A DNA stretch of 64,000 nucleotides. Origin: Podarcis gaigeae (Eukaryota). Positions 38,952 through 51,592 of the stretch are shown piece after piece. Location: NCBI GenBank assembly GCA_964106915.2, contig OZ066917.1, one strand, 5' to 3'. The notes below the pieces were generated by a model. The model was not told the origin of the DNA. It worked only from the letters and a program-made list of their open reading frames with translations, and ran no database searches. Both the position numbers and the translations under genes were made by a program. Position 1 is the stretch's first letter; every line of letters begins with the position of its first letter.

Positions 38952-41900
38952 TAGGTAGGTTTATTTTCCGACTTGTTGTGGTCCTCTTTTCACTGTTCAT
39001 TTTGCTGGTTTTTCAGCAGTATCGGCTTCAGGGATATGCTTTGAAATATTGCTACTTTGCTTCCACTTTGTCAGGCCAGTCCTATAATAGGCAAAGTGAA
39101 AGGGTCACCTCAAGTGGCAGATGCTGAGGTACAGAGTGGCAGCTATTTCCCTTTCTTGGAGGATAGACCTGTGTGTGCCACATGGACTGTCATAGCCATT
39201 TCAAACTACAGTGCTGCCTCAGATGCTGTGGACAAAGCTATCGTGTTACCAGCATTGAAATAAGCTTCAGTTGCCGGTCCAGTTATGTTCTTTATATGGA
39301 ATGTGGTGGAGGACATTTGGCCCTGCACTTTGACACACTTTGCCATATATGAAAATAAATGCAGGGCTGTATTCAAAACTAGATCAATAAGCTATTGAGA
39401 ATTACAAGTAACAGCATTATTAGGTGTGAGCTTGTCAAGGAAGATGTTTAAAAATTATTGGATGGAGAAGATAAGTGGTGGTGTATTGGTGGAGAAGAGA
39501 GAGACTTCTCAAATGGTCAGCACTCCTAAGAACTTGTGCAATAAATAACTCACCCAGCAATAAAACACCAAGCCGAGGAGGAAGCTAAGGTGAATCATCT
39601 CTCGTTCTCCTACCCCTCTTCCTTTGCTTACCAAATCTGGAGAACCCTTACTGTAGGGATGGGGAACCTCTGTCCTCCAGGCCAGTCATGGTCCACAAGG
39701 GGATCCAATTTTGGCCTGCAAGGCTATTTTTCCCAAAGCATGCCCACACTATCCCATCAGTTGACATCACTGATGTACAGGATTTAATTCCGCCGCGGCT
39801 TTTTGCTGTATACCCAGCAGAGAACATGATCATGGGTACAAGGCAACAGGATGTAACCTCTGCTCGTCAGCTGATGGACAGAGATTAAATCCTGCTCAAA
39901 ATGGCTATTTGAAGTAACTCACTTCAAATTAACTTTTTCGGCTTCTCAAAATGAGAAAACTTAACCAGGAGTGAATGTTTATGTGAAAGTACAGTACGTT
40001 CTGCTTGTTTCTAGTAATGAAAACAAAATTTGCTATGCTCAGTTGTGCTCAGAGGCTGTATGTTAGAATATTGTGCCAGGCTCCTGTTGGTAGAACTTGG
40101 GGTTCTCGGAAAAAGGAAAATTAATCTGACAAGCCTGAACTCTGCCTACTTGTACCTAAATTGTACCTAAGCATTTAAAATAGAAACCATTCAAAGAAAG
40201 TTAAACACACTTAAATCTGGTGGAAGCTACCAGCAAGTCCAGTCCTATTACTTCTAGCAGACTCTCAGGAAGTAAACTCTCTCGGATTGCACCCAGTGTG
40301 ATCTTTTTGTGTATAAATTTTAGGCTCTGTTTTTACATGCTTTTGTTTGTCTGGTGGAATCTAAAGAGCTATTAAGGATGCTAAGAAGGCTGTAGAAATG
40401 GTGGCAATTGAATTAAAAATATCCCTTTTCCTCCTTTCACCAATGGGGATTGCACTCTCTGTTGGGTCTTTAGGTGTAGCAGCTGTAAAAACAAGTGCAG
40501 AGGCAAATTGCAGGTGTTAACTTTCCATTGGAGTGCTGTTCCTCCTTCTACGCCTCAGTGGGGATGAAGAATATGGCCCAAACCAAACACACAGATCGTG
40601 TATTTCCAGCTAAAGTGTAACCCTTAATAAGTGAATTCTAATGAGAAAGAGAGCATTGGGCTTTTCTTGCATTAGCAGCCACATTTCCTATTTAATCAAA
40701 CTTCATTGCAAATTTAACTTCTGTATAATTAATGAGTTGATGAAAGGAACATACTGTAGCAATGTCAGTTGATACTTGCTAGTGGTTAGTGTTTAATTGC
40801 TGTCATAATGGCTCATTAGACATGCCTAAGGAGAAATTGCCAGTCCCCTTTTCCCATAGTGAAACATCTGCGTTATTAAATAAAATAAGCTACTCCATGT
40901 CTTCAGTTATTCTGGGTATTCTGTACTGAATGTCAACTTTCTCAGTACTTTTTAATGGAGAGAAAACTAGGATAAATAAACATTGAAATAAAAATTAAAA
41001 TGTATAAGATAAGAAAAAGGAACTTATCTTGGGTTTTTTTAAAAAAATAGTTTCTTTCTCATACTCATGCACTGCCCTAATATTCCTGTATGCTTATAAC
41101 ATTGAATTGAATTTATATGTGTGTGTAGCTAATCACTCATTTGTATAGAATCATTGCTTATTTTAAAGCCCAAAGTGGGTATCTACAAATGCATTGTCAA
41201 GGTTGCTAGTAACAGTCATCTCTTTTAATGTGACTACCTTCCTGCACAAAGTGAGACCAAGTTCAGAGTTTGTTTATTTTTTTGCATTTTGCTTCAGAAG
41301 CATTCCCTATGCCTCTAAAGCTTTGACCAATTTCAGACACAAGACAGCACTCCTATTCTGATTTTGAGGATAAGGCAGAGTCAGAATTTGGTAAGTTATC
41401 AAGGCCTGGCAAAATGTGGAGACTCCTTTCCAGTAGGCAGTGTGAAAAGTCACTTGTATATTGTCTTATTTAAGCAAGTCTGACTGAATAGATATAATTT
41501 ACATTCATAATGGTGCGAGGATGCATGTGATATAGAAATAAATAAACAAGAGACAAAGAGAGAAGTTTCAAAAGCACTTGATAAAGCATAGAGCCTGTGG
41601 TTAAAAAGCAAAAAATATTTCTTCTTTTCCCCTCAAATAGTACCTCTATATTGTAAAGTGATATCCTTTGCTCTTTCTTTTGCTCTGTTCTTTAAAACAC
41701 GTATTTTTTTTCCCTCTGGTTGTTTATGTTTGTGTTGCATTTACTTATAAATGTAAAAAAAACCATGCACAATTAAAAACTTACTTCTTTAGGAAGAATA
41801 ACAGATTGGGTAACACAATACCAATGATGTTCATGTGCAAGGTAAACAAATATGACCTTTTGAAAGCTATTAGATAATATGTCCCTAATTGCTTAGAAAT

Positions 41901-42242
41901 GTTTGTGGAAATTCATTGATATGAAAGCTTTTGACCTAATTTTTGGAATTCTACCAAATGAAAGAGGTTCCCATTAGTGTAGTTATTCACAATACTGCAA
42001 CATGTTAGTGAGAACTGCAAGTCCAGATGTATATCTGAACTTTCATGAAGAGGCAAGCCTGGAAGAAAAAATAAAACCGAACTATATTTGAATAACAGAC
42101 ATTCAGTTGGGTTTTCTTTTGCAGTAATTTTAATTAACAATTAAAATGCTTTTCACTGATTTCCCTTTTCTTGAGGAATGTTCTATACATACAAATAAAA
42201 ATAGTGCTCAATAATTAAGGACTTTGCTTTTCACCCATATAG

Positions 42243-42446
42243 GAGTCTGATGGTCAGGGGTGTCCTTTCTGCCGCTGTGAAATCAAAGGAACTGAACCCA
42301 TAATTGTGGACCCCTTTGATCCCCGAGATGAGAACACAAGGTGCTGCAGCATTATGGATAGTTTCGGTATACCCATGCTCGAATTGGATGATGACGACGA
42401 CAGAGAAGAATCTTTAATGATGAATCGATTAGCTTCTGTGCGGAAG
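42243..42446 (+). CDS. CBLB: CBLB exon 10 (RING end [16 protein letters not shown]...ASVRK)
   Basis: atatag acceptor, 204 nt, GTGTAT donor. Confidence 0.96.
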
Positions 42447-44084
42447 GTGTATATATATATATATATTTCCAGATATATCATGTGCTTTAAAATATAGCTC
42501 TGGAGGTTGATATGGAAGTGTCGAGGCTGTTTTTAAGCACTTTGCAAAAGTGCTGCTTAAAACAGCTGACTGTTCTCCTTTAAGTAAATGGGCAGGCAGC
42601 AGCCAGGTGTGTGAAAAGAGGAGTCTCTGCTGCCATTACTGCTTACTGATGAGCAGGAATTAAATTCTGCTGCCTTGGCTATTTGATCCTGTTCCCTTCA
42701 GACAGGATACACAGCCAATGTAGAATTAAACCCAGTGAGGTCAGTAAATGGGCAGATGGGAAAAGTTTGGGGGAAATGGCCTAGCAGGCCAAATTGGAAC
42801 CCCTAGCAAACCAAGATTGGACCATGGGATGGAGTTTCCCCACCCCTCTCCTAAGGTAATAAAATGAATCCTGTTTACCTTCTAAAGCACAGTTTGCACA
42901 ATTGCGGACAGAAATACCTAATTTCATGCTCAGAACATTTAACAGAAATCATGATCTCCCTACCCACTTGCTGCAGTCTCAGAGCAATCTGGGAATTCCA
43001 TGGTGCTGTGCATCATGCCGAGTCGGTATCCAGATTGCTTTGCATTGTGAAACATTTATACCATCTGGTTTGCTACTCTTTTGCCAGAACCAGAGCAATT
43101 GCCTTGAGCATATTTAGTAGCTGCTTTGTAATGTTTGAAGAGAAAGTAATGAGTTTCAGATATGTTTTTCTGTTTCATGCAAAAAATGCAAATTTGTAAT
43201 GTCTGAGGAATAAATCACAAAACCAAAGTGACAATCTTTCTCGCAGGAAAACTCTAATGGGAATAGCTGATACGTTAAACTTTTATCAACCCAACCAACA
43301 TACCATGTACAAATGCTCTCAAAGCACGAGTTGTCATACAATATTAAAGTCTAGCTACTGTAATTGGTCTGGATTCAGAATGCTAAAGCTGATGATTATT
43401 CAGTTATGCCTTTTTTCTATGCCTCCGTTCCATGTAGTCTAATTTGGGCTCAAGCCTGCAAATTCTTAAAAGTCTATTCATTGTGTACGAACACTAAAGA
43501 ACAAAGTGTGGACATGTTATTTCAGTTGCAAAAGTTTTAAGACTGAAACTGTAAAGTATTTCATGTTTTACAGACTTTATTTACTTATAAGAAAGTGGTA
43601 GAGATGGGCAAACACTCAGCTGCTCAGCTGAACTTGCAGTTTGACTACTTGTTTTCAGGTTGAAAGTTTGAAAAACCATGATGGGCTTTACAAGGGCTTG
43701 ACTTATAAGCAGCCTGATTTCCTATGCTCTGCCCCACCCTCCCAACTGTTGTATTGAAATAATGCTTACCTTAATGGAAAGGGGCTTTGCTCAGCAGCAA
43801 AGCTTCCTAGATCATGTGCCACCATATCATGAGACATTGTGCATCTCATTACAAATGTTGCATAAAGCAAGCTGGCCACCAAGAGGAGGCCCTCTTGGGT
43901 TTCATCTGACCTATCATCCTTCCCTTCTCCTCCTGGCACCTCCTTCCTGAAGGTAAGATTCCTCCCCCCCCCCCCAAAGGGCAATAGCTCAAACTCAAAA
44001 AGTAGTCAGTCAGTTTGAGCAGAGGGGCCATGTGGAATACTCACCTCATCCACAGAAGTAGGTTTTAAAGCTGATAAGCTACTA

Positions 44085-44293
44085 CAGTGGTACCTCCGGT
44101 TGCAAATGGGATCCGTTCTGGAGGTCACGGCCGCATCCTGAGGAATTCGCAACTGGAGGACCGCTTCTGTGAATGCGTGTGGTGCTTCTGCGCGTGCGCT
44201 CGGGGCGAAACCGGAAAAATACTTCAGAGTTTGCCACATTCGCATTCCGAAGATTACATATCCAGAGGGATACGTAAGCGGAGGTTTCAACTG
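44085..44293. mobile_element. Tc1/mariner (Tigger-like) MITE, third subfamily
   Basis: TA|cagtggtacctccg ... cggaggtttcaactg|TA. Confidence 0.8.
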
Positions 44294-44311
44294 TACTATT
44301 GATGTGATAAT

Positions 44312-44683
44312 AAAGGTAAAGGACCCCTGGATAGTTAAGTCCAATCAAAGGCATCTATGAGGTATGACACTCATCTCGCTTTCAGGCTGAGGAAGCCAGC
44401 ATTTGTCCACAGACAGCTTTCTGGGTCATGTGGCCTGCATGGCTAAACCGCTTCTGGTGCAACGGAACACTGTGACAGAAGCCAGAGCATACAGAAATGC
44501 CATTTACCTTCCCGACGCAGTGGTACCTATTCCTCTGCTTGCCCTGGTGTGCTTTTGAACTGCTAGGTTGGCAGGAGCTGGGACAGAGCAATGGGAGCTC
44601 ACCCCTTCGCATGGATTTGAATTGCCGACCTTCTGATCGGCAAGCCCAAAAGGCTCAGTGGTTTAGACCACAGTGGCACCCAT
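44312..44683 (-). mobile_element. Sauria SINE, older subfamily
   Basis: aaaggtaaagg tail on +; shared core gaactgctaggttggcaggagctgggac; tgataat on both flanks. Confidence 0.88.
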
Positions 44684-45826
44684 GATAATGGAAACAGTTT
44701 AAATGCATTAATACTAGTTAGGCAATAATGGCTCAGGAACACAACTGAAGAGCTAAAAAGCTCAGCAAAATTACAAATAATCACTTATTGTGAAGGATAG
44801 CATGCACACTGCAATAACTCCAGCAATAAATATTTTCCAAAAACAAAACAGGTAAAAAGAAGTATTCAAAATGACATCAGTGTCAGATAATGTGTGTGAA
44901 TTAAATGTTTAGGCTTCTGTCTATCACTGTGGAATATATGAAATATATGTATATTTTATATATGTATATATATGGAATACATGTATATATATGGAATATA
45001 TGTATATTGCAGTGAATGCACATTGTTGATATGTGAAATACCAAGGATTTGATCTTCAAGCAACTTTGCAGGTGTTCCAAACGTAGTAACATTTCTTGGG
45101 TATAGCCCTACTTGCAGAAACCAAGTACTGCTCTAATAAGTTTCATTTCTAATTAACTTAAAACCTCAATGGGATTATGTATCTAAGAATTCCAAGATAT
45201 TCAAGTGTGTTCAGTTTTAGCTAAAGTGTCTTTCTTGTAGGCTTTATTAGTACATCAACATTTAAAAAATGTAATATAAAAGAGCAAAGAAATTTGTGTT
45301 AAATTAAATTATTGCCGTGCATTAAATTAACTGTATTTTGAAAATATTGCTGGAGTTTGGAATAGAACTCGACTACAGAGGCACCAGATGTCGTCACTTG
45401 AAGCAATATGCTACCCTCAAAAATCCCCAACTGAGCAATCTTAAATAATCTTAAAATTAAAATCCTCAGCACTAGAAAGTTCATTCCCCTGAACTCAGTG
45501 GGATGTTTAGTGTGAGAATTGCCACCTCCAGCAAGTGTATTTGTTAAGCCCTGGTGTAGGGTATATTTATGCTCTCATATGGAACCAATTTGTAATTATA
45601 TTTATTTGCCTTTATTTCTCTTTCTTTGAGCAAATATCTTTATCTTCCTCATAATATGAATCTATTTAATACTTATTCTTCAAAATAAATTGTGAGCATC
45701 ATAGCAATACAGCCAGTGTAATTGTTGATAGGTGCATAAGCCATAAGAATTTGAAAGTGTATATGAAAGTATCCCAGTAAACAAAACCAAAACCGTTTTA
45801 TAACCCTTATGAATACTTTGTTGCAG

Positions 45827-46012
45827 TGTACTGAAAGACAGAATTCCCCAGTGACATCTCCAGGATCTTCTCCACTTGCACAAAGAAGAAAGCCACTTCC
45901 TGAACCCCTCCAAGGACCTCATCTTAGCCTCCCACCAGTGCCTCCTCGACTAGATCTAATTCAAAAGGGAGTTGCTCGATCCCCTTGTGCCAGCCCTACT
46001 AGCTCACCAAAG
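45827..46012 (+). CDS. CBLB: CBLB exon 11 (CTERQNSP...[10 protein letters not shown]...SSPK)
   Basis: ttgcag acceptor, 186 nt, GTAGTC donor. Confidence 0.96.
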
Positions 46013-48835
46013 GTAGTCTTATTTACTCATACCATTTATGGTTTTGACACCCTCACCCAAGAAATTAGATGAGATCCGTAAGTGTTTACATATGTGATGC
46101 CTGCTGGTACATGGGTAGGCTTCTCAGGTTGCCCTTGCTACTTTCACCATTCTTGCAAACTACTGCTTTAGGAGCAGGCTGCAGTGCACCACAAGAGATT
46201 CAAGCCAGCGATGAAACTGTTGTGTCAACACACAAATCCTTTCTCTGTCTTGATCACTGTCTGTCTAGCTATCTATATATAGAGAGAGAACATCTATTGG
46301 ATTTTTCACAAGTGACTACATTAACTAAATAATAAACATAACAATTCTAATCAAATACAAATAACTCATATACCCATAAAGAACAGTGTTACTCTTGTTG
46401 AATCAGTAATAATTGCTTCTACAGTTCCCAGTCATTTGGTGCTGGCTGCTGCTGTTGCATGACAATGTTCTCTCTGGCTGAAGACTGATCTACCTCTGCC
46501 TCTTTTTCTTTCACACTTAGATTCTCATCCCCACTGCTTTCCCTTTGCTTTCTCCACTGCTGCTCCTCTTCTTCTTTGATCTTCTCTGCTTTTCTTCCAT
46601 CACTCAACTGACTTGTCATCTGTCACTCCATACCTCTTCCTTCCCCCATCCAATATTCATTTGCCTTTGCAGGAGCAGGCAGTACAGTGTGAGTTCCTAT
46701 CCTCTGTGCATGCACTTGGTAAGGATGTAAGAAAAAGGGAAATAAATTTTAAAAAAAACCAGTTGTAGTTTAATATGGTTTATTCCGGACTGTTCAAACC
46801 CCCTCCCCACAAAAAACACATATTGTTCTCCCACTTTGTAGACCCGCATACCCTGCATCCAGAGTTGTGTTAAAAGTAATTTTTATGGTCAACCTGGGGG
46901 CCCTTACAGAGCTATAGTAAAGATCCCCAGTGACTTAGTAAAAATACCACAAAGCATACATTAAGTTGGGCATTTAGAATCTAAGCTATATGTTTGACAT
47001 AGGCATCCCTATGACATTAAAAAAAACCATGTTTCTATTGTAATATTCCCCCATCCCATGCCATACCAATTTAACGCAGTAGAAATACTGGTGTCAAATT
47101 TTACTTGTATCTCACCTTTCAATGAATACTTAAGTATGCCAATAGAGTACACCATTTATTATTCCAGTTTGCAAAACTAAATAGCAAGTGAAAAACAGTG
47201 GCCGTGTTCACACATAACACAAAGTCATAAAGCTTGGCTTATTCATTTGTGCACAAGCTACATACTGGTGCGCACAGTGCAAGCATTCCCACTTTTCACC
47301 TCTTTCCAAAGCCATGGAGAAGCCAACTTAGTGTTACATCTGAATTTGACCTCATGGTTTGCTTTGCCCTAACAAACCACAACCTTGGGTGCAACACTAA
47401 GCTAGCCTGTTTCATGATTTGTTTACCCCCGTGAAGGAAGGGAGAATCGTGTACCAGTGTATAGTTTGGCTTAATAAAAGATGGTTTTGCATTACATGCA
47501 AATGCAACCTTTGAAAAATTGATTATCTGACTTACATTTAAATTGTACAATGTCTTCAAATTTGTCTTCATTTCCATATGCATAGAGTGGTATCAAGTGA
47601 AAATGTTTCATTAGCAGAAGCATTTCCATTTGCACAACAGATTTTCACCTCCCTCTCCTCTTCCTGCACATAGCCTGCACCTTCTCCAATTCCATTCCAG
47701 ATAGTTGGAGGGTTCACCAGAACAGATTTAGAGGGTTTGGTGGGAGAGGAGGGGGAGATGAAGTTCCACTGTGCAGCTGGAAGCTTTTGCTCTACTTGGA
47801 TGAATACCATCCATAATTTATACTTGTCATATGTTGTTGAAATTAAGGTGAGAAACTGTAAACCCATGGTTTACTTACAGTTACATAAAGGAAAAAGCTG
47901 TACTCTCAGCAAATTGTAAATTCTCTTTAAGAGGGAAAACATTCAGAAAAATATGCTTTCTTTAGGGCAGAAAGAATAGTCAACAAAATAGTACAGTCAT
48001 GCACAAGCATTCTTCCTAAAGCAAGATCACTTGGGTTGTAATTGGTACACCAAATATAATTAGATTTTTAATTGAATGTTGAAGGCATGCTTTGAAAACT
48101 GTATTAGTGAGTCTGTGTGCCTGCCTGTATGTGTGTGGATGACCAGTGATAACTTACAATTTACTTTTTATCAGCATTTTGCCTTCAACTTGGTAGTTCT
48201 ATTTGCAAATTAAATTTCATTCTAGTTGCATAATGCTTAGACAACTGAAGTACATAAAATGTTTATTCATTGCTATCATAATTTTAATTAACTGTCATTT
48301 AAACTGGCAGTGAAGGGTCAGTGTTGCTGGTCTTTAGCCATGAGTACAGACATTAGTTTAAGATGATGAACATGATGGTGTATTCTGGGAATTGAGTATA
48401 TTGCTGATTTTCTGTAATGAATACTTTGCAACTCACATTACCTATTTTATAGTATTTTTATTTTTAAAGTTTTCAACTGGTTATACTCTGATCATTATTA
48501 CTTAGCAAAAGTTTGGTGCTGCGTGAACATGCAAAGAATATTCTATTCTCTTGCCAATAAATGTCATAGATGCAGAATATCGCTTCCCACTTATATGGGA
48601 AAGAAAATAGATCTTTTAAATTTCAACTGCCTGTCAAGAATCATTATTACAATCGCACTTGGAATAATTGGGATTGGGCTGTGTGGGAAATGAAAAACAT
48701 TGCAGGTAGAGAATAGTTTTCCCAGCGCTTTAAAGCCTTGCTTAGTTTTTTTCTGAAGATAATTCTGTGGATAAAGCAAACCTGTTTGTAATGCATGCAG
48801 TTATAGATATATTGCTTTCTGTTGCGTCTCCCTAG

Positions 48836-49204
48836 TCTTCTCCATGCATGATGAGGAAGCAAGACAAGCCTCTTCCTGCACCACCGCCGCCTGTACGAGA
48901 TCCTCCCCCACCTCCGCCAGAAAGACCCCCGCCCATTCCACCAGATAATAGGTTAAGCAGACACTTGCATCATCCTGAAAGTGTGCCTTCCAGAGACCAG
49001 CCTATGCCGCTCGAAGCCTGGTGCCCCAGAGAGGTGTGTGGAACAAATAATATCGCAGGATGTCGAATAGTAGGAGGCGATGGTTCTCCCAAACCTGGAC
49101 TCACAGCAAGCTCAAATATTAATGGTCGGCACTGTCGAATGGGTTCTGACCCAGTATTTCTGCGAAAACACAGACGCCATGATTTGCCTTCAGAAAGTGC
49201 CAAG
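48836..49204 (+). CDS. CBLB: CBLB exon 12 (proline-rich; [19 protein letters not shown]...SESAK)
   Basis: ccctag acceptor, 369 nt, GTGAGA donor. Confidence 0.96.
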
Positions 49205-50041
49205 GTGAGAGATCCATGGTGCATGAAGCTTAATTTTATTTCACACTCTGGCACTGTGGCCCACAAGTTCAAGTGCTGTTTTATTGTTCTTTTCTTACCA
49301 TTTGACAGCTATATAATTGAAATCCTGTTAACAATCAAAGAATAATTACATCTACTCATTTAGAGTAATGCTATAGCTTGTACACTTTAATTTGTGGATT
49401 ACTTGGTTACAAAAAAAGGCCAGAAAAAGGGAGCTATTAAAAACTTTAATCAAATTATTATGATAGTGACTTTCTATTGCCAATAGCTTCATTTTTTCCT
49501 GTTTTCTGGAGATTTCTTTGTGTTTTTATGAATACATTTATTTAAGTAAGAGAGAAGAGTAAGACAGAAGGGAACATAGAATAAATATATAGGCCTAGTT
49601 TGCACATCAGATTAAGCCAAACCATGGGTTGGTGCAACCTCCTGGGGAAGAGATTGTGTCTACTTTGCTTCTTCCCAGTTATTTTGCTGCTGTGCCATAG
49701 TGAGCTCAGCAATAGTTTAGTGTGTCTTTCAAACTCTGGCTCATAGTTTAGCTCTCTCCAGACTAACTATATGCTGTGAACAAAGAAGAAACCTTGGTTA
49801 TGATTCATGGTTACTTTGGAGAGAGCTAAACCACGAGCCCTGGTTCAGATTACATATGACTTAGCTTATGTTGACACACAACAGCTGAACAACCAGAGAG
49901 GAACAAAGCAGCCACAATATTCTCCTCAGAAGCTTGTTTGTACACACTAAGCTATGGTTTGTCTTTACATGATGGCAAACTAGGCCAGTCTGTGTTAAAT
50001 GCCTGGAGTTCCGAAGAAGACCACTTTTTGTGTAGAATTAT

Positions 50042-50353
50042 GAGCCTAGGGCATGCCTATCAGAAGATTGGTGGTTCGAATCCCCACAACAGGGTGAGCT
50101 CCCATTGCTCGGTCCCAGCTCCTGCCAACCTAGCAGTTCGAAAGCACGTCAAAGTGCAAGTAGATAAATAGGTACCGCTCCGGCAGGAAGGTAACTGGCG
50201 TTTCCGTGCGCTGCTCTGGTTCGCCAGAAGCGGCTTAGTCATGCTGGCCACATGACCCAGAAGCTCCCTCAGCCAATAAAGCGAGATGAGTGTTGCAACC
50301 CCAGCGTCGTCTGCGACTGGACCTAGCAGTCAGGGGTCCCTTTACCTTTACCT
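50042..50353 (+). mobile_element. Sauria SINE, 5'-truncated with an internal deletion
   Basis: ggttcgaatcccc, ctgccaacctagcagttcgaaagcac, cctttacctttacct tail. Confidence 0.88.
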
Positions 50354-50489
50354 ATATTGGTATTGGACTACAAAGAGCAGATTGAGAGACATTAAATTTG
50401 AGGGGAAGGACTTAAATAATGCATCCAGTTATTGATTTTACCTACACATTGTGGAGGAATTATAATACTGAGAAATCCATCCTGTGCAG

Positions 50490-50584
50490 ATATTTTCAAA
50501 TGGCCATCTAGGAAATGAAGAGTATGATGTTCCACCTCGGCTCTCACCACCTCCTCCAGTTGCCTCAGTCTTGCCGAATATGAA
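50490..50584 (+). CDS. CBLB: CBLB exon 13 ([23 protein letters not shown]...)
   Basis: gtgcag acceptor, 95 nt, GTAAGT donor, YDVP motif. Confidence 0.95.
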
Positions 50585-50699
50585 GTAAGTTTTATTTTAA
50601 AATTAAAAATACTGCTTACAAAGTATGAGGGAAAAGAAAGTTGGCTTGATTAAGTTAACAAATTAAATTTCTGTTAAAACTAAAATGTACCTTCTCTAA

Positions 50700-50926
50700 A
50701 TAAAAATAAAAAATAGTCCAGTAGCACCTTAGAGACCAACTAAGTTTGTTCTGGGTATGAGCTTTTGTGTGCATGCACAGTTCTTCAGATACACCGAAAC
50801 AGAAGTCACCAGACCCTTATATAATACCCAGAACAAACTTAGTTGGTCTCTAAGGTGCTACTGGACTATTTTTTTAAAAAATTATTTCGACTGCGTCAGA
50901 CCAACACGGCTACCTACCTAAATCTA
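50700..50926. mobile_element. Penelope-like element terminal fragment with inverted pseudo-LTR arrangement
   Basis: Perfect 51-bp inverted repeat (50708-50758 / 50824-50874) of ...ttagttggtctctaaggtgctac...; agaccaacacggctacc end; possible TSD tacctt(c/g)tct; hammerhead-like motif inside. Confidence 0.8.
50755..50792 (-). ncRNA. Degenerate minimal type I hammerhead ribozyme motif (Penelope-type)
   Basis: Minus strand reads GUAU-CUGAAGA-A-CUGUGCAUGCACAC-AAAA-GC-UC-AUAC; the GAAA box reads AAAA. Confidence 0.7.
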
Positions 50927-51516
50927 TACCTTGTCTGTGCATGATTTTAAAACACCCTAAAAAGATGCATATTTACAAGAAACCGGGGATGAATTTCCTG
51001 CTGGAGCAATATGAAATGAAAAATCAGTATGCTCTAGTTCCTCCAAATCCCATTGTGGGACAATGTGTCAATTATACAAGAGATGAGCGTCATTCCTTGG
51101 TCAAGTTCTGGAAAAGCATGGATTTGGTGGCGCATACGACAGGGGCGTTGTAAAAACCAGAATTAGCATGTGGTGGAAATGGGAATTTTGCCTCTCAAGG
51201 AGATACTCTAAAATATGAAGAAACCTGTCAGAGCTACTCTGCTTCTTCCCCTACTCCCAGTTCATTGTGATAGAGGAAATAAGCATGTTAGCAGTTCATT
51301 TTGTATATTTTGTTGAAGCAGCTCCTCATGAGGCATTTTTGCCAGGAGGAAAAAACCCACCAAATGTATTCTATGCCCCATTTGATTAGATCCTATGGTT
51401 TGCTTCTCATAATTGAACAAGAAATACACTCTTCCCCACCCCCATCCTTTATTTCATAGAAAGGTGCAGCCCAGCCTCAGATACTAGCCAAAGGCAAATG
51501 GGAACTTAGGGTAAAT

Positions 51517-51592
51517 GCATACTAATGAGCCCAAGAAACCACTTCTTTCAAAGGAGTAATAATGAAGTGTTTTCTTGGGTTCATTAGTATGC
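51517..51592. repeat. 29-bp inverted repeat (2 mismatches) with an 18-nt loop
   Basis: gcatactaatgagcccaagaaaccacttc ... gaagtgttttcttgggttcattagtatgc. Confidence 0.85.

Noticed and set aside
42646-42674. CUGAUGA followed by a hairpin (gcaggaat...attctgc), hammerhead-like
   Set aside because: No GAAA box after the stem (ugcc instead) and no stem I/III pairing.
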